This document shows, one piece after another, positions 14,762 through 27,313 of a DNA stretch of 64,000 nt. Numbering within the stretch: position 1 is the first letter of the stretch; each line of letters begins with the position of its first letter. Made by a program: the position numbers and the translations under genes. Below the pieces are notes generated by a model that searched no databases, had not been told where the DNA came from, and saw only the letters and a list, made by a program, of their open reading frames with translations. The DNA comes from Nageia nagi (lineage: Eukaryota; Plantae; Pinophyta), in assembly GCA_050084985.1 (NCBI GenBank), contig JBITNC010000001.1:172484001-172548000 (forward strand), given 5' to 3'.

Positions 14762-15908
14762 TGTTGGAAATTGTAATGTAATATTGTGTAATATTTCTCT
14801 TTAAATGTAAATTCATTTAATGCTTAAAGTATCTTTATATACCTTAAAAACATTAAGGGAATAAATATGGAAAGAGAAATAAATATAGAAACAACTTTAG
14901 CCTTACCCTTGGGTAAAACAAAGGTTAAAAGTTGGGTTTCTTCTTATAAATAGAGAGGTACCCTATCTCATTATGTGACTTGATGAAGCCTGGTAATGCT
15001 TGTCTTGTAGAGTTGTAGGAATGCTCTTGTAGGAGCTTTATAGAAGAATTCTTAAGAATTTGTAAGAAAGTTATCTTGTGAGAAGTAATAGAATGATGGT
15101 TCAAAGTGGATGTAATCCCAAGAGATTGAGGAACCACTATACATTATGTGTTCTCATTTATGTGATTGATTATTTCTTAGTTAGATGGTTTAATATTAAA
15201 TTTGTTGGAGAAGCTTCAAGGTGATCTTAGTTATGGAATCCTACAATTCCACAAGTGGTATCAAAGCAATCCTTGTGGTAATCTCCTCAAATTTTTACTT
15301 GGTGTTTTTTTTAGGTAAATCTCTTCAAATTTAAGGTATATCTAACTTCTAAACTTATTTCAATTTTTATTTGAAACTTCATAGTTATTCTATTTCAATT
15401 TCTTATTTTGAAGTTGAAATTTTATTTCTATACTAACATGTGTTATCTTGAGAATAACATACTCAAATCTAAGATAAATATTACCTTAGTTACATATTAG
15501 TAGAATTTTTTTTTGTTAAATCTAACATGTGCTATATGGTTAGATTGTAAATTTTGTGATTTGATATCTATACTAACATGTTTATGCTAGATTACTTGGC
15601 TAAGATCTAATATTTTTTATATTAGTAACATATTAGTAGTATTTGAAGTTAGATCTAATGTATGGTATATGGTTAGATTTTTAAGATCTTAAAAATTAGT
15701 GCTTCTATTTTTTTTTTACATAATAAAATCTAATATTTCTTAATTAGATTCTAAAACTATGCTGAGATTTTATTAAGTTGCAAGCTTACAAAAATCTAAT
15801 TTTTTAGATTTTTGTAATAAAAGTTTTTAGCAAAAAAGTTAAAATATTATCTTGCTATATTTAACAAAGGTTAAAATTTTTGTTGTAACAAGGTTACAAT
15901 AGCTTGTA

Positions 15909-15912
<4 letters not shown>

Positions 15913-15943
<31 letters not shown>
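15913..15943. repeat. (TA)n microsatellite
   Basis: About 15 TA units. Confidence 0.9.
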
Positions 15944-15948
<5 letters not shown>

Positions 15949-16130
15949 CATTGATGAAATTTATATATATATAACTTTCTATATGGAAAGTTTACATATA
16001 TATATATAAACATATTTTTTAATAAAAAAGAAAGTATTTTTATTTTTGATTAAAAAATCTATTTTTTTTATATTTTTTGTACAATTTTTATTTTTTTATT
16101 ATTTAAAAATAAATAAAAAATAACTCCTCG

Positions 16131-16445
16131 ATAGGGGTCTCACGTCCACCTAAAGGGGATGCTTCCCCAAAGGGGAAGCATATCCTAGTAGGGGGTGCGC
16201 TACCTCCCAAGGGAGTGCGCAACCTCCCAAGGGGGAATGTACCCTATTAAGGGGTATGTAACCTCATAAGGGGGAGCATAACCTCCCAAGGGGGAACATA
16301 CCCTAGTAGGGGGTGTGTAACCTTCTAAGGGGGAACATACCCTAGTAGGGGGCATGTACCCTAGTAGGGGGCATGTACCCTAGTAGGGGACATGCAACCT
16401 TCCAAAGGGGAGTGCAACCCTTATGGGATGGCACCATCCTCTCCC
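16131..16445. repeat. GC-rich 19-20-bp minisatellite with palindromic units
   Basis: Interspersed units ACCCTAGTAGGGGGCATGT and AACCTCCCAAGGGGGAGCAT, roughly 14 copies. Confidence 0.85.
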
Positions 16446-17579
16446 ATATCTAATGTTGCTCACCCTCTCATCCCCCTCACAGGTCTAGTGGTTTAGAACT
16501 ATCATAATTTTTTTCACCATGTGAGTGCCTCTTATTGTGCCACCATCAAACTTGTTGTAGGCATTGCAAATCCTTCCTCCTTTTATTGCAAATCCTCCTT
16601 GTGGTTTTTGTATTTGGAGTGTTTGGCCCTTTATAATTAAAAAAGGGTTTAAGGTATCTTTTTAAAATTTATTAAAATAGGGTTATTATTTTATGGAGAA
16701 CTTTTTATTTTTGATTTTTTTTAAAGGGAAATTTTTTTAAAAAAATCCATTATGCATTAAAAAGGATAGTATCTTTTTTAGGATAACTTTTTAAAAAAAA
16801 AGGAGCATAAGTTTGTTTTAAAAAAAATAGAAATTTGTTTTTTTAAAGGCATGTTATCTTTTTTTAAGCACAATTTGTTTTCAAAAAAGTATGCTTTCTA
16901 AACAAAAAATGGTGAATTTTTACTCTTAATAGATGAGAGTTTAGAATAAAAGTAAGCCATATAATGCCCATTTTTTAAATAAAATATCATGGTCTCACTT
17001 TTTATTAATTTTTTGTACAAATTGATATTTTATTTTTCACTCAAAAAAGTGATATGGGCATATTTTTTAAATAGTCAGTATACCATATGAGAATTATAGC
17101 TTTGATCCATTTTTTTAATAGCTTTTTAAATAATGTTACAAATATAATAATTGGTAAGTATCAAATAATTGATTAAAGCCTTGGATCACTTATTTAGTCT
17201 AAGTTAGTTAAATTACTATGGTAATTTGCAAATTATATGCCTTGTATGATAAATGATCAAAGTTAATTTACAAAGCAATTAATTGCCACTATTATTGTGT
17301 TATTTTTTTACAAGTATTGCAATTTCTTTAAAGATAACATTGGACATATTTGAATCAACTTTAATTGGTAGCCTTACTTGATAATGTCCAATCTATTGAA
17401 ACCCAATTTTTTGCTCACTTTGCAACTTTTAATGTAATTTATTTTTCTCTCTTGTGTCATTTTGTGGACAAAGAAAAAAAATGGAGAAATTTCATTAAAT
17501 TTGCACTTTATTAAAATAAATATTTGTTATGCATATTTTATTTGTTTTGGATATGCATAGTGTGGGTATGCATAATGTG

Positions 17580-17950
17580 ATGTACATAGTGTTTGAAGTG
17601 GAAATTTAGGCAAAACTTTATTTCAAAACTTTGATATGCACTATCCTTATTGGTTGCAATGCGATGCAAATTTGTTGTGGATATGCATAGTGTTTGAAGT
17701 GAAAATTTAACAAAAACATTTCTTTAAAACTTTGATATGCACTATCCTTGTTGGTTGCAATGTGATGCAAATTTGTTGTGGATATGCATAATATTTGAAG
17801 TGAAAATTTTGATAAAAATTTCTTTCAACCTTTGATATGCACTATCCTTGTTGGTTGCAATGTGATGCAAATTTGTTGTGGATATGCATAATATTTGAAG
17901 TGAAAATTTTGATAAAAATTTCTTTCAACCTTTGATATGCACTATCCTTA
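17580..17950. repeat. 100-bp tandem repeat (~3.7 copies)
   Basis: GATATGCACTATCC at 17633, 17734, 17834 and 17934; 17741-17840 is identical to 17841-17940. Confidence 0.92.
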
Positions 17951-20465
17951 CTAGTTGACATATTAATAAAATAAAAACTTGTTTATAGATTAATGCCACT
18001 ATACTTCCATGATTAAGAATTTTATCCATATTTATGGATTGATGCCACTATACTTCCATGTTTGGAAAGTTTATCCACATCAATGGATTGTTTATCACAT
18101 TCCTACTTGTTAGTAAGTTTTAGTGCACGGAGTGGTTAAAAAGGTTCACCCTTCTCCATGACTACATTGTTGGAGTGGTTAAAAAGGTTCACCCTTCTTC
18201 ATAATTGCACATTGTTTGAGTGGTTAAAAAGGTATAATCTTCTCTAAAATTGCAATTATTTTGAATCCATGTTGATGGATTAATGCTACCAAATTTCATC
18301 ATATGCATCTTGACTAGTAGCATAGTCAATATGATATTTGTGGCTTATACTTTATTTTATAAATCTTGGCATTATGTTTGATCAAGTTGGCATTTATGGC
18401 TTATAAATATTGATTTAGGTTATGCCTTTGAAAATCTTAACTTGATGGTTTAGTCAAGATGGCATTTGATCATTTGTAACATGGTTAAGATAATATGGTC
18501 ACATAAGTATTTGTTTGGTGAAGTTGTAATCAAGGGAGAGAATTAAATTATAAAATATTATGATGTGATGACACCCTCATATACCCTCAACAAATACAAA
18601 ATAATTATCTAAAACAAACAAACACAAAAATTAGAAATCAAATTTTTTTTATAACAATTGATGATATTTTTTATATCACTTGGTTGATTATGAATCTAAT
18701 AATATTGTGCATGTATGATATTGTTGATATCATGTTATGGATGATACATTTTATTTAGTATGTAGATGTGATATATAATTTATGATGTATGTAATATTTG
18801 ATGTTATGCATATTTGATGACTTGGTATCTTTTGATCAGTTTATGGATGATAGTTATCTTATATGAGTGTATATGATGTATTTAATTAATCTTATTTATG
18901 AGTTTCTTGTAGCTTGCAAGTTTTTTCTTAAGGTTGGAACTTACTTCAAGTATGTAGGTTCATGGAGGCTCATCATATCAACATGTTGAATGGATAATCT
19001 TGTACAAAGAAACTATTTTTTGGTTAATGATTGTATTGTAAAATTATTTGTTAAAATAGTTAAGTAGTTGAGCTATTGTAGAACCATATATATTCGATTA
19101 CTTTCTCAAAGATGTAAAAATTATCTTCACTTGTATCTCTATGGAGGAGAACTCTCTCTTAATCTTTCTCTTTATATTTTCAACTCTCTACCCAATATTC
19201 TATTAAGGGGGAGTGTTGGAAATTATAATGTAATATTGTGTAATATTTCTCTTTAAATGTAAATTTAGTTAATGCTTAAAGTATCTGTAGATACCTTAAA
19301 TCATTAGGAGAATAAATACAGAAACACCTTTAACTTTACCCTTAGATAAAAGGTTGGTTAAAAGGTGGGTTTTTTCTTATAAATAGAGAGGTACCCCCTC
19401 TCATTATATGACTTAATGAAGCATGGTAGTGCTTGTCTTATAGAATTGTAGGAATACTCTTATAGGAGATTTGTAGAAGAATTCTTGATAATTTGTAGGA
19501 GATTTATCTTGTGAGAAGTAATAAAATGATAGTTCAAAGTGGATGTACTCCTTAGATATGGAAGAACCACTATACATTGTGTGTTCTCATTTATGTTATT
19601 GATTTTTACTTAGTTAGATGGTTGAATGTTAAATTTATTAGAGAAGCTTCTAGGTAATATTAGTTATAGAACCTTTCAATTCCATCAATTATTACTTTAT
19701 GATCATTATGTTTTGAAATATGACAACCCCATGGGTTGGGAATCTATCACTTTATCATTTGATACATCCATGAATGAAGCATCCTTTACTTCCATAAAGA
19801 TGTACATCTATTAATGGGGAACCTCATTTCTTCCATAATGATGTGACTGTCATTTCATTTCAGCACCTTTGTTGGTTGGGTTTAAACTAAATGTCACCAT
19901 GATAGTTATTTATGATCATATGTATACATCCATGAAGGAGGCATTATGTATTTATATGATGATTTACATCTATGAATAGGATATTTTGTGCTTTCATGAT
20001 GATATATGCATATTATACTAATTTCATCCTTGCTCTTTCTTGCTATATCATTTATGATGAAATATTATGTATCACTTAATGAGTGGAATACTTGATTCTA
20101 CTATGATTATTTGTATCCATGAATAGGGAATTGAGTATTGCCATGATGATATAATGCAATTTTAATGATTATTACTCTCATTATCATTGTTATATCTTTT
20201 AGATTTTATCATCACATATATGTTTAGAATGTGGTGTTTTATGTCTCTCCTTTTTTAGGTTATTCTTTGCTCTTAGTTATTCTCATTGCATGGATAGCCA
20301 TTCCACTTAACAACTAATGCAAATAGGGGGCATTATATATCATCAATCTTTGATGATCAGATAGTTCTACAACTAAACCATTAAAGTATCAAATTTTTTT
20401 ATCCTCCTTATTTAATTTCTCTGCAAACATAATTTAATTTCATTATACTTGCTAAGAGAGGCATC

Positions 20466-21280
20466 TGTTGATATCCAATTTTAATCCCCCTAAAGTGGAC
20501 CTGCTTAGGAGTTATACTATATTGATTTTATATCATATTGTTGGTGTCATTCTTGGTCCTTTATCATGTAATCTTATTTTTGTGCTAGGTACCCCAACAT
20601 TAGCACTAGATTTCTTAAATGGAAATTGGAGGTTATCTTACATATATGAAGGTAAGTATGATTACAGTAAAAGTTATCAAGATTTCAAATATTGATATCT
20701 AGTACAACTTCAAAGTTTAGGTGTTTCTTAACGTTGCCTATAAATATTGGGATCTTTTTACCATGATTATATATGTTATTCCATATTTTGTAATTATATG
20801 TTTGGTTCTACTTATCAATCTTTTATTGTGCTTGATCCTTAGTGGTGAACTCTACTCAAATGGATACCTAGCACCTATGCTATTGTGCATGCCTATACTA
20901 CCATTTGGTACCTAACATTCATGTTCTTGCAAGTGTTTGCATTGACATTCTTTCTATTGTGCTCCATGTTTTTCACACATTAAGGTTACTTATCTTTGGA
21001 AAGTTGTTATCTGCATATAATCAACTTCTCCCAAGTAAGTTTAACATGTATTTATCTTTCACTTGATCCCTTTCTCTTTAGTGTGTGTGTTCATTATCTT
21101 GATTTAATAATATGTTATTCACTATTACATATGTTATTAGATTATTTTTCATTTCCTATTATTTCATTATCAATATGTTTATCTAAGTTACATAACTAGT
21201 ATAATACATAATCACATGTTAAGTATTTTATTGTAGCTTCTAATTAGGTTATCCTAGGGGTTACTGAAAATACTACAACA
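20466..21280 (+). repeat. 3' LTR of E2
   Basis: Starts TGTTGATA and ends CAACA; both termini align with the reverse complement of the E4 LTRs. Confidence 0.65.
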
Positions 21281-22555
21281 AATAGATCTCATTTGTAAAT
21301 AGGATATAAGAGTCTTTTATGTTATACCTTATGATCTATGTTATAAATACATATATGCATTCCACAAACATGGCACCATTCCTAATGAATTTGAGAAAAT
21401 ATCTCAAAAACAAAGGCTAAAAAAGATAACATAAAGGTATGTATTAATTGGTGATGTCTCATATAAGAGATATTTTGATGGGACCTTGCTTAGGTGCTTA
21501 CTTGAAGATGAAGCTAAGGAAGAAATGGAGAAAGTTCATGAAATCCAAAGTGGAAGTCACTTTAATGGTAAGTCCATTTTCCATAAGCTATAATATTAGG
21601 ATATTATTAGTCTTCAATGGAAACATATTATTCCATGCATATTTGAAAGTGTACAAGTTTCCAAAAGCATGTTAACTTGTAGTTAACTCCTTCAAGTGAG
21701 CTCCATGCAATGGTTTCTCCCTATCCATTCTCAATATGGGAAATTGATTTAGTATGTTTGATTAATATAAAATCAACAAAAGTTCATAATAATAGCTATT
21801 GAATATTCGCAAAATGGGTAGAGGAAATTCCTTTAAGATCCTCAAATTATCAAGTTTCTAATGTAAAATATCATAACCAGATTTGGAGTTCCATCTCAAA
21901 TATTCATGGATAATGAAAATCAACTTAGAGGAAAAGTTCAAAAAAATTTCTTATACACATATTATCCTTACAGAAATGGTTAAGCTGAAAAAAAAAAGTA
22001 ATTTTCAATATCATATACAAAATAGTTTAAAAGCATCAAAGGGATTGTCATAAATATTTGGTATATACATTATGGGCTTATAGGAAAATCATTAGGTTAG
22101 TAATAAATATGGATAGAATATTTTCCTACCTTTATATTTATAAATACTATCTTTGAGGTTATCCCTAGAGCATATCAACGATGAAGAGGTAAAGAGGAAA
22201 TCAAGATTACGAAAATTGGAGAAGGGTTCAAGTTTTAGAACATATATGGATTTATTAGAACATAATCAAGAGAGATTATGAAAATAAGATAAGGAAAAAA
22301 AGAGTTCAAGGTTGAAGATTTGGTGCTAAAGAAAAATCACCACAAGACAAAGGTTAAGAAAGATGATTAGGGAAAGTTTGAGTCTAGTTGGATTGGACCA
22401 TATAGTGTTATGGTTAAGCACCCTAGTGGAACCTATAAGTTGCAAATGGTGGAATTAAACAAAGATAATTTCTCTACTAATAGCATGCATCTCAAACCCT
22501 TCTATGCATAAGAATGATAGTCTTGATTAGTACAATTTTTATTTTTTAGTCTAAG
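21281..22555 (+). mobile_element. Tat-type gypsy element E3: decayed integrase (host of E4)
   Basis: INT motifs PFSIW.IDLV, LWAY, FKVEDLVL and GKFESSWIGPY; stop at ~22511. Confidence 0.75.
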
Positions 22556-25400
22556 TGTTGATATGTGTCTTGTAACACCTAGGGTTTTGACCTAATGAAC
22601 TAAATACACATAAATATTTAAGTATGTAATATCTTAGATATTTAACTCAAATAAACATATATAAATAATATGAAAATAAGTAAATGTGATAGTGTAATAT
22701 TAGAATTATGATTTATATTGATGTCAAAATATAATATGAATGCACACACCAAAGAGATGGAATCAAGTGTAAGATAAATACCTATGTATCCTTACTTGTA
22801 TCAAAGTTGAATTTATGCAAGATAAATTTGTCAAAGAGAGGTGTGTGATAAAAAGGATCCCATCATGGGCCCTAGGTATTAAGAGCTTAGTATGGGTATT
22901 AGGATTCCAAGGGAATGAGGTATGCCAATAAGGGATGATAGCAGTAGATGTGTCAACAAGTCAAACCAAGCATATGATCATGAATATGGATGATAGATAT
23001 TTTGCTCAAGTGATAACAAGATTCCAATCTCAATAGAGGTATTTATAAACACCCAAGTGTAGGGTACTGATTATCTATATATAATCTTGATATGCTTTCC
23101 CCAAGTTAGAGATACTTACATTTATATCAAGTGTGATATTACCATTTGATCCCTTATAAGAAGGTTGAACTCATCTTGATGTACCTAACATAAAAATAAG
23201 AACACAACCTTAGAAATATATGATAATATGTGATTTAAAGGTAATAAAATGTGATTAAACATGCATGTAATATTACACCTAAATGGGACCATGTTAGGGG
23301 GACCACTTTTAGGTATCAATAGATACCCCCCTTTACAAGTATAATGAGAATGAACTTTGATATGGAATTGTTCTTGCAAATGAAGTAAAAGGTAAAGAGA
23401 AGAAAAATTTGATATTTCCCTAGTTTAGATGTAGAACTATCCAAATCATCAAGGAATTATGATGTATATTTTCCCCTCTTTGCCTTGGTTGTGAGATGTA
23501 ATGGCTTGTATGAAGTAGAATCAACCAAGAGCAAATAATAACCTAAAAATAAGAGAGACAATACAAATTCTAAGAATATATGTGATGGTTAACTCATAAA
23601 AGATATAGTAGTGATAATAAGAGGAAATCATTAGAATATTTCATTGCAAATGATATAGAAGTAATGAAGCAAACATGAAATTAATATAAGATGCATACAT
23701 CATCTTAAGAATACCAACTACATTAATACTCAATATTTCATTCTTATATGCATACATAAAAAAATCATGCTAAAGGTGTGTCAACATCATCATGGTATAC
23801 ATGCTCCATTCCTAGGTGGAACACATGCAATCAAAATCATATATGTCAATATTGACAAAGGATACATACCCCATTCCTAGATACAACATATAAATAATAA
23901 AGAACTAGCATGGTGATGGTTAGTTGAGATCCAACCAACAAAGGTGACTCCAAGAGATATGCCATACATCATCATAAGGTACATGCCCCATTACTAGATG
24001 TAGACATGATATGCTATCATCGTCATGAGGTACATACCCCATTCTCATATGTGATATAAAGGTGACAGTTAGTTTAGACCCAACCAACAAAGGTGATTCC
24101 AAAATGACTTGTTTGTTTCCCAATCATGTTATATGATTAAGTACAAAGTGTAGATAAGTATAGAAATGCTTCTTACATCTTACCCTTTATTCTGATTTAT
24201 GCTAAATTGTCCTAATTTATGCCTTTATATCCCAACATCTACTTTAGCTTTAACATTGGTGCCAGCTTAGGAGTATTGTATGTTGATGTTGTTGCATGTA
24301 CAGTGTTTGATGAGCTTTATCTATCTAATAATAATATTTATATACATAATAGGAGCTGATAGAGCATTGAATATTTTAACAAATGGGTCTGACCCATTCA
24401 TGAACATTTGAGGAATGCATCATTCTTTGATTATATGTTCATTCATTCTTGCAAATAACCTCATTATATAATACATGTTATTCCTATATTAGTGTTTATA
24501 ACACATCCAATTGGAGGTATCATGATGTCCAAGGTAAGGTGCTAGATGTAAAAGAAAGGTAGTATAGATGCTGATGATCAGCATGGGCATAGGTGTGAGT
24601 GTGGAGGCTAGGATTCCTAAGAGAATAGGCATCCAAATTTTGGTAGTGCAAGGTGGCCATCATTTATTGATAATCTCATAAAATGTATCTTATTTTTTAT
24701 TTAAATAGGCCAAATTATTGGTTTATTTTCATATGCATTATTTGATGTTTGAGCTCTAGTCTAGGATACGGAGCATGTTCATTATGGAGAGATTGGTGGA
24801 TTTCCATGAGGTTTGAGTTATGAAGTAAGTATTTTGTGTATGTGTTTCATTGGTTTAGGTTGAATTGGGCTAATTTTGGTAAAATTATGACCTAGTTGAT
24901 GTTATAGGATAAATATTACAAAGTAAGATAACCACCAAGCATATTTTTTTTTACCACAATTATGTTTCTACCCATGTGGTGAGTATCTAGGACCCTTGTG
25001 CTATGTTTTTCATCTCAATTTAGCAAGGTTGGGTAAAAAATAAGAAATATTATTATGTTACACTAGGGTTAGGGTTAGAAGGCTAGGGATTATACAATTT
25101 TAAGTGTAGAGATAGATTTTAGGTGTCGAAGTATATTTTAAGGATATAGCAATGGTAAAGAAAGTTTTTCCCCAAATTTCAAAAAACTCAATGTAGGAAG
25201 CCTAGCATGGGCATTGGCATGAGCATTGATGCTAGCTTGGAAAATAATTATTTGAGCATGGGAAAGTTTTCCAAGCTGATGTGATATTTAATGTGTGTTT
25301 AGAAAAATAAAATAATTTTTTCTTACATGATTTAAAGGAAATTGCCAAATATACTAATACATACCTTTACTTATTGTGAATTTAATGCCTTCAATTTCTC

Positions 25401-27313
25401 ATGGAGCTAGAGCCTATGTCTAAGAGCTAAAAATGATGTATGAGTTGGCATGATAAGCTAACTAATGGTGAGCTAGGTGTGCTTTGACATGTGGATATGA
25501 CTTACCTATTGAATGCCTCTTATGTATGTGTGGCTAAAGAAATTATCACATCCTTGATGGAGAGGTGGTCATTTACCTATTGGAGAGATCACCATTATCC
25601 CTAAGGACATTCATAAGATCTTATGGGTGCCCATAAAAGGGCATCTCATCTATCTAGAGGAGATTATGAATGATGCACAATGCAAGGGTTCTATGAAGTG
25701 GTTGATAGGACTAGAGGAGTAAAATGAGGGTAAGAAGGGTGCTTACCTTCATTGTGCTTTCAAAGGAAAGATAAAGAGCTTTAGATAGGTGTGATTAATG
25801 ATTTTAGTATGCATTGTAGCATTATATACCTTGAAAAAAATCATGAGGAGTTCCCTCTTAGCTTAGTACATATGGTGTATCAGATGACATAGGGTGCAAG
25901 GTATGCATGGGATCCATATATGACTTTCCAAATGTATCATGATTTGCATAACTTTATTATGGTACAAAATAGTGAGAAGATGATTTTGTACTCTTTTGTG
26001 TTTCAATGTTGAGAATACATGTATATCTCGATCATTTAGTAAAGAGAGATTCAATTTCATAATACAACAATCAAACAACCCACATGGTATACATGGGCGA
26101 GGATGGGAAGGTCACATGGGTCCATAAGAGTGTGAAGGTATATTGGAAAGCAATATATATGTTGATGGATGGTAAGTTATTTAGAATTTTGGTTGATTAT
26201 AATGATTTGGTATAGCTAGACTATAATATACACATTTGGTTTGTAGGATAGGTTATATATAGATCTTATGTAGGCTTTCTATATTGGCCAAACACGATAT
26301 GGGTGAATTCTATTGGAAAATGACTCCTTGTTATTTGCAAAAAAGGAAAACATTTGTTGAACCCTACAGGCCTAAAGGGATTAAGAGATACTTTGGTAAA
26401 AGATAAGGAATTCCTACTTAATGCAAATTTGTGGTGAGGATAGGTAGGTATAGGGAACATGAGCCTAATTTATTTAAGACTTCACCCAAGTGGGTACATG
26501 AGTGGAAGCCTCCTCAAGACCATGGTTTGAAGAGTGACATAAATGATGAGAGAATTGAGGCACCTAATGGGACTCAATTTTATCAAGAGTACCTAACATG
26601 GTGGGATGGAGAAATACTCAATCCCTTAGGGTTATAGGGATTGGAGAGGTTAGCAAAGGTTACAATGGGAGAGGTAGATGAAGAGGAAGGTGATGAAGTT
26701 AAAGAGGAAGAAGAGAAGGAGAAGGATTTTTATATGGAGGATGTGCTTCATCAAGAAGAGTAAGGTGGTTGGGATGTGTTGATTAGTATTCCTATTGCAA
26801 AGACTCAACAACAACTTGAAAATGAATTAAGTATTTTACTTGTGTACCTACAAGTTATTCCTTACAAGAAATAATATGTAACTAACATGTATTCATTAGT
26901 TTACTTTTATATATCAAACAAAATTGGACCTAGATTTTGAGAAAGTTGCTATACAACACATGGAGGAGGAGCTAGGAAGCATAAAGGAGGAGATGGCCAC
27001 CAAGGATGGTGAGCTATATGGACTGAAGATGAGGCTATTAGTGTTGATTCAAGCTATAGAGATATTGCAAAAGATGAATGAAACTTTGAAATATAAATAC
27101 TTTCTAGGGATGATGAATCATGTATTGGATCACAATAAAAAGATTGAAGTCCTTACAAATGAGAAGGTATACCTACAAACTTAGCTTGTGGCTTTGGAGA
27201 AAAAACCTAGGATAAAGAGGCCTAGTTTAAGTAGGATAATCTCTAGGTCCAAGAGTGTTAGGAGTGCTAAGAGCCACCGCAGTACTACAAGTGGTGTTAG
27301 CATAGGGAGTTAG
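25401..27313 (+). pseudogene. Antisense extra ORF of E4 with Plant Mobile Domain (PMD, PF10536-like), acidic tract and coiled-coil tail, disrupted
   Basis: Translation gives IITSLMERW (25542) / HLPIGEITIIPKDIHKILWVPIKG and RYAWDPYMTFQMYHDLH (~25899), matching the PMD hallmarks LITALVERW...FHLP.GEMTITL.DV..ILGLPI.G and YSWG...LY..L; E-rich stretch 26670-26760; coiled-coil-like ORF 26924-27184. Confidence 0.75.

Larger units (their letters stand above)
14762..19687 (+). mobile_element. Complete non-autonomous copia-type LTR element (LARD-like), 4.9 kb
   Basis: LTRs 14762-15253 and 19214-19687 (TGTTGGAA...TTCCA(T)CA); PBS TGGTATCAAAGC 15256-15267 (tRNA-iMet type); PPT AAGGGGGAG 19205-19213; TSD attgt/attat; no recognisable RT/INT inside. 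Confidence 0.88.
10750..21280 (+). mobile_element. Decayed Tat/Ogre-type Ty3/gypsy element E2 (RT-RH-aRH-INT, 3'UTR, 3' LTR), interrupted at its 5' side by E1 and carrying a nested LARD-like element
   Basis: RT with AYVDDIL ~11440; RH ~11850-12200; aRH (WTLYF...NNMAEYEAL) ~12280-12640; INT 12900-13970 (WDLDLVG, FQVGDLVL); repeat-rich 3'UTR; PPT-like tract before LTR TGTTGA (20466)...CAACA (21280). Confidence 0.8.

Noticed and set aside
16131-16445. CRISPR-like array of palindromic repeats
   Set aside because: Units are contiguous with no unique spacers, there are no cas genes, and the context is a eukaryotic TE.
25062-25088. Interstitial telomere
   Set aside because: Only about two TTAGGG units; too short.
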